Source: Candidatus Bathyarchaeia archaeon
Lineage (GTDB): Archaea; Thermoproteota; Bathyarchaeia; Bathyarchaeales; Bathycorpusculaceae
NCBI GenBank assembly: GCA_049970895.1
Contig: JBMFMB010000020.1
Coordinates: 1 to 18,292, forward strand
Direction of reading: 5' to 3'
DNA length: 18,292 nt
This document shows positions 8,936 through 16,010 of the stretch, one piece after another (the stretch's first letter is position 1; each line of letters begins with the position of its first letter). The notes under the pieces were generated by a model. It saw only the letters and a list, made by a program, of their open reading frames with translations. It was not told the DNA's origin and searched no databases. The translations under genes and the position numbers were made by a program.

Positions 8936-10444
8936 ATGAGCAGCGAGCCAATAGAAAGGCGTATCTCATATCTGGGCGATAGGCTTAGGGGCAGACGCTG
9001 CCAAATCTGCGGAAAAGAATATTTCGAAATAAGGGATTACTGCGGAAACTGCGGGAGAAAAAGCTTCGGAAAAATGGAGGATATAGACTTCTTCTACGAG
9101 AAGGGAAAACTTGAACTCTGCACCCTCGTCAATGAGCCCACAAACAAGTTCACTAAGCTCGGCACTTATATTTACGGAATAGTATCCTTCCATAACGGCA
9201 AGATTAGGGTTCCTGGAAGGCTTACAGACAAGATAATTAGGAATGGCGAAACCATAGACTTTTCAGCCTTTGAGGGAAGAGAAGTTGTTCCAAGGTTTAG
9301 GAGGCGCTACTCCGTTGAGAAAAGCGAAATCATCCCAACAATATCTTTAGCCTTCACCTTCTCAGATGAATATTACCCCCATCAGGAGTATCATATAGTT
9401 AAGCCTAACAAGGAGTATGATGCGCCTGGCATAGTTGGCTACGGCGTATACACCTCTAGATTCAGAATCAAGGAAGGAGGCATAGAACGTTCCGTTCCCT
9501 TCATAGATGAAGACGCAATAACAGCGGCTGTTGAGGCTGGGAAACTTGCCCTAATTCATTCAGGAGTTGACAGCACGCTTGTCGGCAAAGTTTACGTAGG
9601 CTCTGAATCAAACCCCTACGCTGTTAAGCCCATAGCCTCAAAGGTTGCCCAAGTCCTTAAACTTGGTGAGGAGGATGAGGATGTTCAAGGCGTTGATGCC
9701 ATAGACACGGAGTTCGCGTGTAAGGCGGCTACAAGCATGTTTAAGGATGCCGCCTCGCTGGTCAATTATCCAAAGATGGGCGTCCCATATGCCATGGTTA
9801 TTGGAGCGGACAATTCACAAGCAGCTCCAAGGGATTCTCCTGGCGGGGAGCTGGACTTCTTTGTTGGTTATGGCGGATGCGCCTACATATTTGGAAAAAC
9901 CGACGTCATAGCTGAGCTTGAAGGATGGTACTCTTGTACTTCTGATACGCCTGACTTCTGGCGGAGGGACGGTGAGCCGTATCCAATGCATGGCGGGCGT
10001 TTTACTGGCGACCCAGCCTACTTTAAACATATAAGAAAAGCTGCAAAGAAGCTTATGGATAGGCTTGGTTTAAAGCCAAGCGACATAAACTATTTTGTTG
10101 CACATCAGCCCAACGTCCAGTTCCCAATAAGAATAGCCTGCGAACTGGGTTTCAAAGAAGAGCAATATATGCCCTCCATTCAGGTGGCAAAGTTCGGCAA
10201 CACGTATTCTGGCTCTTCGCCAGTAGGCTTGGCAGCAGTCCTCGACATAGCAAAGCCAAACGAGCGCATCCTAATCGTGAGCTACGGCTCCGGAGCTGGA
10301 AGCGACGCCTACTCCTTCATAACAACAAGCCAAATAATAGAAAAGAGGCAGCGCCAAAAACTCACGGTGAAATATCAGGCGGAAAACCCCTTCCTGGAAT
10401 ATGTGGACTACAACATGTATAGAAGGCTTAAGGCTGGGATGTAA
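8936..10444 (+). CDS. Fusion of an N-terminal DUF35 (Zn-ribbon + OB-fold) and archaeal hydroxymethylglutaryl-CoA synthase
   Basis: aa 1-~145 has CQICG...CGNCG followed by an OB-type region. From aa ~164: GIVGYGVY, VGSESNPYAVKP, EFACKAAT (Cys262), TSDTPDFWRR, HQPN, GNTYSG, SYGSGAGSDA. ATG directly follows the thiolase TAA. Confidence 0.93.
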   Translation: MSSEPIERRISYLGDRLRGRRCQICGKEYFEIRDYCGNCGRKSFGKMEDIDFFYEKGKLELCTLVNEPTNKFTKLGTYIYGIVSFHNGKIRVPGRLTDKIIRNGETIDFSAFEGREVVPRFRRRYSVEKSEIIPTISLAFTFSDEYYPHQEYHIVKPNKEYDAPGIVGYGVYTSRFRIKEGGIERSVPFIDEDAITAAVEAGKLALIHSGVDSTLVGKVYVGSESNPYAVKPIASKVAQVLKLGEEDEDVQGVDAIDTEFACKAATSMFKDAASLVNYPKMGVPYAMVIGADNSQAAPRDSPGGELDFFVGYGGCAYIFGKTDVIAELEGWYSCTSDTPDFWRRDGEPYPMHGGRFTGDPAYFKHIRKAAKKLMDRLGLKPSDINYFVAHQPNVQFPIRIACELGFKEEQYMPSIQVAKFGNTYSGSSPVGLAAVLDIAKPNERILIVSYGSGAGSDAYSFITTSQIIEKRQRQKLTVKYQAENPFLEYVDYNMYRRLKAGM

Positions 10445-10492
10445 GCAACCTTTAATAGCGTTGCCCGTGAAAAATACAGCGGAGCAAAATAG

Positions 10493-11656
10493 ATGTCAAT
10501 GCGTGAAGTTTTCAGAGTTCTATATGCGCCCCACAAGGCTTTCAAAGAGATAATTCAAAATCCAGGCTACAAAGGACCATTAATAATAATGCTGCTGTTT
10601 GTATTATCCTTTTCAGGATTCTATTATATCCTCTCCGCAAAGGTTTATTATGACCAAACAGCGCCGAAACTGACGGATTTGGACAGGTGGACAGAAGATG
10701 CTAGTTTGTGGCGCTCAAATGGGGCGATTGTGACTGTAAACACTACGGACTATATTAAAGGCAGCTATTATGGAAACAGAAGCATCCAATTTGCATTGGA
10801 AAACAGCACAAAAATTGATATGGAACTAGAGATTCCAGGATCATTGAATTGTCGAGAGCCTTACACCTATACAAATCTAACATTTAGAATTAAGATAGTT
10901 AAGCCTTTAAACAATTCTAACTATATGGACGTTTACTTATTCTCTGAAAATGCCTCTGACAAGTACTTTAAATACTCTCTGCCAGCTAACAACTTGAAAA
11001 TCGGAGTTTGGAATAATGAAACAATTTTGTTAAAAAACTTTGAAAATTTTAATGGCGCTGATTGGAGAAACATTACAGGTTTAAAGTTTGAATTGGCATG
11101 GTTAAGCAGACAAGACAACATAATGGTTCTTGTTGATGGGGTTTTCTTTCACGGCGACTATAAATCACTGCTTGATATGGGTGGAAGCGCGGTGATCATT
11201 AATTCCATGATAAGCGGGTTTATGCAGTTCACCGTACAATGGGTAATCCTCGGCGTAATCTTATACTTTTTTTTAAAAATTTTTAGGGCGCAGCCAGTTT
11301 GGAAAACTATACTTGTAATTTCAGGGTTCATGCTCATAACCTTCTTCGTACAGAACCTAATTCTCATAGGGGTTGTTTTGGCCTACCCCGAAATGCGTCT
11401 GCCTCTAGAAACGTTAGGCGGGGTTTCCGGGGAGGGATGGACTTTGGACGCGCAGAACTTTATGTCCATTTTAACCATAAAATATGATGTTTTAGACAGA
11501 ATAGTCTATTACATTTGGATTGTAGCCCTGTGCAGTGTTGCTGTTCGTTTACTGTTTAATTTTCCATGGATGAGAGGCGTTTCTGTCTCGTTCCTTAGCA
11601 GTGTGATAAGCATGCTGGCAGTCCGCTTCTTAATGTATGGGGGATTTTGGCTCTAA
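10493..11656 (+). CDS. Yip1-family membrane protein with an inserted extracellular beta-rich domain
   Basis: N-terminal VLYAPHKAFKEI (Yip1-like) plus TM1, a ~170-aa Asn-rich insert with many N-x-S/T sequons, then 4 further TM segments. Confidence 0.7.
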   Translation: MSMREVFRVLYAPHKAFKEIIQNPGYKGPLIIMLLFVLSFSGFYYILSAKVYYDQTAPKLTDLDRWTEDASLWRSNGAIVTVNTTDYIKGSYYGNRSIQFALENSTKIDMELEIPGSLNCREPYTYTNLTFRIKIVKPLNNSNYMDVYLFSENASDKYFKYSLPANNLKIGVWNNETILLKNFENFNGADWRNITGLKFELAWLSRQDNIMVLVDGVFFHGDYKSLLDMGGSAVIINSMISGFMQFTVQWVILGVILYFFLKIFRAQPVWKTILVISGFMLITFFVQNLILIGVVLAYPEMRLPLETLGGVSGEGWTLDAQNFMSILTIKYDVLDRIVYYIWIVALCSVAVRLLFNFPWMRGVSVSFLSSVISMLAVRFLMYGGFWL

Positions 11657-11808
11657 AATCAGCGCCTTGCTACTTGTATCTTAGGGCTACCATTGGCCGT
11701 ATTTTGAGGCTCTGTAGGCTGAGAGAATTCCGCCCACCAATCCTATCCAGCCTATCGCAGGCAAAAGTAATACTTTTATACATATGGACATTTCTATGAA
11801 CAGTTTCG

Positions 11809-12513
11809 GTGGGGATTCGTTTGTCGATAATCCTTGATGTGCGCAATGTTAAGAAGAGTTATCGTATGGGTAAGGTTGTTGTTCAAGCTTTACGAGATGT
11901 TAGTTTTAATGTTGAGGAAGGCGAGTTTCTGGCTGTTTTGGGTCCTTCAGGAAGTGGAAAATCCACACTTCTACATATAATAGGATGTTTAGATCGACCA
12001 GACTATGGAGAAATCATAATTGAAGGGAAAAATGTCTTAAGGTTAAGCGATGACGAGTTAGCCGACCTTCGCCTCAAAAAGATAGGTTTTGTTTTTCAGT
12101 TTTTCAATTTATTGCCAAGATTAACGGCCCTTGAAAATGTTATGTTGCCTCTAATCCTGGCAGAAGCCTCGGACAAAGAGTCCTACAAAAGGGCTAAAGA
12201 ACTTTTAGAGTTAGTTGGGCTTGGAGGACGCCTAAACCATAGGCCTTCAGAGTTAAGTGGTGGAGAACAACAACGAGTAGCCATCGCTAGAGCCCTCATC
12301 AACAATCCAAAATTGGTTTTGGCTGACGAGCCCACAGGCAACTTGGATACCAAATCGGGCTGGGAAATAGTAAATTTGATGAGGAGGCTTAATGAGGAGA
12401 TGAAGCAAACGTTTATTGTAGTCACTCATGACCCTCAAATAGCTGAGGTTGCGGATAGAATAATCTACATTAAAGACGGCTTAATTGAAGGGGTTAAAAG
12501 CGTTTCAAGGTGA
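11809..12513 (+). CDS. ABC transporter ATP-binding protein (MacB/LolD family)
   Basis: GPSGSGKS, IGFVFQFFNL, LSGGEQQRVAIARAL, LADEPTGNLD, VTHD; the start may be TTG 11821. Confidence 0.95.
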   Translation: MGIRLSIILDVRNVKKSYRMGKVVVQALRDVSFNVEEGEFLAVLGPSGSGKSTLLHIIGCLDRPDYGEIIIEGKNVLRLSDDELADLRLKKIGFVFQFFNLLPRLTALENVMLPLILAEASDKESYKRAKELLELVGLGGRLNHRPSELSGGEQQRVAIARALINNPKLVLADEPTGNLDTKSGWEIVNLMRRLNEEMKQTFIVVTHDPQIAEVADRIIYIKDGLIEGVKSVSR

Positions 12514-13790
12514 GGACGATGAAACTAAGTAAAATGTTGAATATGGCTTGGCTAAACCTAAAGCAAAGAAAGCTGAGGACAGCCCTTACCACTTTGAGTG
12601 TTGTGATAGGCATTACAACGATTATAGCTGTGGCCTCACTGGGTGAGGGTTTCAGGGGAGAAATTAAACAAAGAATGGAGCAGGGCTTCGAACTTGACGT
12701 TCTAATAGTTTTTCCGGGAAGCTTCACCGCGGGCTTAAGGGAAGGCTTCAGTCCAGAGGATATAAACTACATTAAGGGGATAGAAAACGTAACCCTCGTA
12801 ACCCCCCTCATAACCATACCCTTAACAGAAAACATAGAGCTACGCAATCAAACGGGCGTTAAGCTTGGAGCTTTCACAATTGGCGGAGTAAACTTCACAG
12901 AAATGCGAGAAATGCTTCCCCAAAGATTCAGATTAATGAAGGGGAATTTTCCCGAAGAGAATGAAACGGGGAGGATTGTTTTGGGCTATAAGGCTAGCAT
13001 AGTTAACGAAACAACCGTTGCGGACGTAAATAATAATGTAACATTAATTGTGCCTCGACTCCCTTATGGAACTTTACAATCGAATTTCACAGTTTCCGGG
13101 ATACTTGCTAAGGGGGGCACCTCTGGAATAACAAATTTTGACTATTGGGCATTTATCTCCATAGATGACGCCCTTAATATAGTTCGCAACAAAGAAAAGC
13201 CGTATCAGGTAATCCTCGTGAAGGTTTCAAGCGTTCAGAAAGCAGAAAGTGTTGCGAGAGAAATTGAAAAACATTTTTCACCATACTCCGTTACCGTTTT
13301 TGTTCCCGTGGCCTTTGCGCGGCAAGTTGATGGCATATTAAACCTTGTTCAAATGTTTCTCGTCGCTATAGGGTCAATTTCACTTCTTGTGGCTGGAGTG
13401 GGCATAATGAACATTATGACCGTAGCTGTCATGGAAAGAACCCGTGAGATTGGAATATTGAAGGCTGTGGGTGCCAAAAACCGCACAGTGTTAGGTATGT
13501 TTTTAGCAGAGGCCTTATTAATAGGTGTTATGGGAGGTTTTATTGGAGAATTTACTGGATGTTTCTTCTCTTACGGTTTAGCTCTGATATTGAACAACTT
13601 CTTACAGCCTACCAGCATTAAGGTGGGAGAACGACCAGACATTCAGCGTATAGTGATGACTCCAGCGCTCTCGCCAGCTTGGATGGTAATAGCCTTTTTA
13701 TTTGCGATAATTATCTGCATAGCCTTCGGCATGTATCCTGCAAGAAAAGCCGCAAAAATGAACCCTGTTGAAGCTTTACGTTATGAATAA
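12510..13790 (+). CDS. ABC transporter permease (MacB/FtsX family)
   Basis: RKLRTALTTLSVVIG, a large external loop, GIMNIM...ERTREIGILKAVGA, YPARKAAKMNPVEALRYE. Confidence 0.95.
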   Translation: MRTMKLSKMLNMAWLNLKQRKLRTALTTLSVVIGITTIIAVASLGEGFRGEIKQRMEQGFELDVLIVFPGSFTAGLREGFSPEDINYIKGIENVTLVTPLITIPLTENIELRNQTGVKLGAFTIGGVNFTEMREMLPQRFRLMKGNFPEENETGRIVLGYKASIVNETTVADVNNNVTLIVPRLPYGTLQSNFTVSGILAKGGTSGITNFDYWAFISIDDALNIVRNKEKPYQVILVKVSSVQKAESVAREIEKHFSPYSVTVFVPVAFARQVDGILNLVQMFLVAIGSISLLVAGVGIMNIMTVAVMERTREIGILKAVGAKNRTVLGMFLAEALLIGVMGGFIGEFTGCFFSYGLALILNNFLQPTSIKVGERPDIQRIVMTPALSPAWMVIAFLFAIIICIAFGMYPARKAAKMNPVEALRYE

Positions 13791-13800
13791 ACTAGCAAGG

Positions 13801-13808
13801 TTTATATT
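13801..13808 (+). promoter_or_regulatory. Archaeal TATA box for the TRAM-SSB-TRAM unit
   Basis: TTTATATT, preceded by a purine-rich BRE-like segment, about 25-30 nt before the hairpin start at 13831. Confidence 0.55.
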
Positions 13809-13830
13809 TTTGGCTGCCTTTCTTGATGCT

Positions 13831-13902
13831 AACTAGCCTCTGCTGGAAACTCGGTGTTCCGCCTTTGCTGAACACTTGAGTTTTTAGCTTTTGAGGCTGG
13901 TT
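13831..13902 (+). promoter_or_regulatory. Long RNA hairpin in the predicted 5' UTR of the first TRAM gene
   Basis: Three stacked helices: aactagcctc/gaggctggtt (10 bp), gctggaaactc/gagtttttagc (11 bp), ggtgttc/gaacact (7 bp). Four G-U pairs form only on the + strand transcript. Confidence 0.7.
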
Positions 13903-13926
13903 CCGCGATAAGGACGAAAAAACAGT

Positions 13927-14211
13927 ATGCCAAGAAGGCTTCCAGAAAAAACAAAAAACATCCAGAGAAAACCAAGAAGGTTTGGGAGTAGCAGACGCTT
14001 CAACCCCGGCAAACCACTTTTCCAAATGGCACCAGTCAAAGAAAACCAAGAATTAGAGGTTGTTATAGACGACATTGGGAGCAGAGGAGACGGCATAGCC
14101 CGGATACAGGGCTACTTAATTTTTGTTCCAAACAGTAAAATAGGCGAGCGTGTCAGAGTGCGCATCGTTTCTGTTGGGGGAAAATTCGCCGTCGCGGAGA
14201 GAATAGCCTAA
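13927..14211 (+). CDS. Single-domain TRAM protein with a basic N-terminal tail (putative RNA chaperone)
   Basis: PVKENQELEVVIDDIGSRGDGIARIQGYLIFVPNSKIGERVRVRI...FAVAE is the stand-alone archaeal TRAM pattern. Confidence 0.9.
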   Translation: MPRRLPEKTKNIQRKPRRFGSSRRFNPGKPLFQMAPVKENQELEVVIDDIGSRGDGIARIQGYLIFVPNSKIGERVRVRIVSVGGKFAVAERIA

Positions 14212-14218
14212 AAGGAGG

Positions 14219-14521
14219 ATGGTGAAAAGATTGAAGATTAAGGAACTGCGAAACGGAATGAAACGGGTAAACGTTGAAGCCAGAGTCGTAGAAATATCAG
14301 CGCCACGCGAAGTCCTTTCCAGATTCAGCGATACAACCCACAAGGTGGCAACAGCCATAATAGCAGACGAAACAGGCACCATAAAGCTGACCCTATGGAA
14401 CGACCAGATAAATCAGGTGAACGTCAACGACACGGTCAAGGTGGAAAACGGCTACGTAACAAGCTTCAAGGGAGAAATCCAGCTAAACGTCGGAAAATAC
14501 GGAAAACTCACAGTGGAATAA
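14219..14521 (+). CDS. Single-OB-fold single-stranded DNA-binding protein (crenarchaeal SSB/RPA-like)
   Basis: IKEL...VNVEARVVEI...VATAIIADETGTIKLTLWNDQ...VKVENGYV...GEIQLNVGKYG; GGAGG SD motif upstream. Confidence 0.9.
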   Translation: MVKRLKIKELRNGMKRVNVEARVVEISAPREVLSRFSDTTHKVATAIIADETGTIKLTLWNDQINQVNVNDTVKVENGYVTSFKGEIQLNVGKYGKLTVE

Positions 14522-14567
14522 ATCGCGCGGAAAATTTTGAACCGAAAATAAGGAGAGGTGAAAGCGT

Positions 14568-14834
14568 ATGGAAGAAAGAAGAAGATTCGGCGGAAGAAGA
14601 GAATTCGGAAAAGGACCGAGAAGATTCCCTCCAAAACCAGTTGAGCTAGGCAAAGAATACGAAGTGGATGTAACAGAAACAAGCCGAAGAGGCGAGGGAA
14701 TAGCCCGCATCCAAGGACTGGTAACCTTCATACCAAACACAAAGCCCGGAGACCACGTCAAAATAAAGATAACAAGGATAAGCAGAAGATTCGCCGAAGC
14801 CGAAGTTGTAGAAGCCGGAGCCATAGAAGAATAA
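14568..14834 (+). CDS. Second single-domain TRAM protein with an Arg/Gly-rich N-terminal tail
   Basis: PKPVELGKEYEVDVTETSRRGEGIARIQGLVTFIPNTKPGDHVKIKI...FAEAEVV; GAGGTGA SD motif. Confidence 0.9.
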   Translation: MEERRRFGGRREFGKGPRRFPPKPVELGKEYEVDVTETSRRGEGIARIQGLVTFIPNTKPGDHVKIKITRISRRFAEAEVVEAGAIEE

Positions 14835-14933
14835 GGAAACACGCACACGCAAAAATTTTCAACTTCTAAATTATTTTAGACAGCGTAATGACAATTCTAA
14901 TTTTAAAAAAGAGAGAATTTAGCTAATTTGAAC

Positions 14934-15330
14934 TTACCGCTTCTTTTCCCTTCCTCCTTTCTAAGTCTCGCTGCATCTTCTCGCATCGTTCACACCACAA
15001 TTTTTCATAAACCCTTTGAGGCACAACCCTTTCTTTAAGGTCGGCTATTATGCGTATTCCCTCCGCTTACACCATTCAACACAGATTTTGTAGGCATCCA
15101 AGTCCAGCTCCTCATCCTCCCAATAAACCGAACCTCTGAAAACCGTAGAAGCCCTCGTTGGCCATCAACAAAGATGACATCCTCTCCAAACTTCTTAATT
15201 GGTATGGGCTCTATTGCAGTAGGGTTGTTTACATTAAATGTTTTCATAACCTCAAAAAGCTTCTCAGAACAGATGTACAGCTGACTTGGCTGTATATCGC
15301 TTAACCTCATCATAACGCTTTCCTAGCCAT
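14934..15330 (-). pseudogene. Frameshifted ParB/Srx-like (DGHxR) small protein gene
   Basis: GGAGG SD and ATG at 15330. Joining frames gives MARKA / MMRLSDIQPSQLYI...PIPIKK...VDG(H)TRA / VYWEDEELDLDAYKICVEWCK / EGIRIIADLKERVV...YEKLWCERC...KKR* (TAA 14934-14936). Confidence 0.65.
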
Positions 15331-15351
15331 AAAACCCTCCACACAGTAAAG

Positions 15352-15591
15352 TTATGATTCTCCGTTCTCGTCTTCCCCTTTTAAAGAACCACCACAATAT
15401 GGACAATAAGAGTAGGATGAATTGATGTAAAGCCTACCACAATGTGGGCATTTCCTTTTTGTTGCCGTGTAAAAGGCTAAAACAAAACATAAAATCACCA
15501 CAGAAAGAAGCGATAAGCCTTCCCAAGGATGCCCGAGCATGACAATTACAAAACCGAGAAAGAAGAAGAAAATCCCAGCAATTATGCCCAT
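15352..15591 (-). CDS. Small 2-TM membrane protein with C-terminal zinc ribbon
   Basis: Two hydrophobic helices followed by CPHCG...YCPYCG. Confidence 0.75.
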   Translation of the reverse strand: MGIIAGIFFFFLGFVIVMLGHPWEGLSLLSVVILCFVLAFYTATKRKCPHCGRLYINSSYSYCPYCGGSLKGEDENGES

Positions 15592-15690
15592 AAAATCTTA
15601 CTTCAAGGATACTAGCACCCAATTTTCAACATCCCAAACGATTAATGCAATATTCACCTTTTTGGATGACTCCGTAACATTATTCAGTGA

Positions 15691-15864
15691 TGGGGCCGGC
15701 CGGATTTGAACCGACGACCTTTCCCCGAAACAGCCTCCCAAGGCTGTTTCTACGGGTTTCTCTACTACTGACCGCTCCAGAACCTCTTCATTCCGCTGGC
15801 GGTCCGCAAACCCGTTTAGGACTGTTCTGGAGCCCGTCGTCATACCTGCCTAGACTACGGCCCC
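15691..15864 (-). tRNA. tRNA-Trp (CCA) with two introns: 69 nt at 37/38 (15758-15826) and 31 nt at about 43/44 (15721-15751)
   Basis: Exon 1 GGGGCCG TA GTCTAGGCAGGTATGAC G ACGGG CT CCA G; exon 2 ACCCGT; exon 3 AGGTC GTCGG TTCAAAT CCGGC CGGCCCC A. Joined exons give a 74-nt cloverleaf. Confidence 0.92.
15758..15826 (-). ncRNA. Box C/D-like guide RNA nested in tRNA-Trp intron 1
   Basis: Guide ACGGGTTT (complementary to AAACCCGT), D'-like CGGA, short GC stem, C'-like ATGAAGA, then guide GTTCTGGAGC (10-nt perfect complement of GCTCCAGAAC around the anticodon). Confidence 0.75.
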
Positions 15865-16010
15865 TTTTTGGTGGTTTACAGCATTAGATTTTACTAGGAT
15901 TTTGGATATATGCATTATTCTGTTTTGTTTGGAATAATGCTTATTTACTATTTTACAAAGGTTTATTAGTGGTTTGTTAGTGTTTGAATTAGAGTAAATG
16001 TGATGGAGAT

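Noticed and set aside
13792-14852. Several overlapping minus-strand and alternate-frame ORFs
   Set aside because: Shadows of the purine-rich TRAM and SSB genes with no protein motifs
1290-15864. Shared CCGTAGTCTAG at the 5' ends of tRNA-Arg and tRNA-Trp as att sites of one element
   Set aside because: Generic tRNA D-arm conservation; the copies are inverted and the enclosed genes are housekeeping
15598-15887. ORFs 15598-15843 (-) and 15687-15887 (+, MMGPAGFEPTT...)
   Set aside because: They overlap the tRNA-Trp gene; GFEP is the usual antisense translation of the T arm, and no integrase body follows
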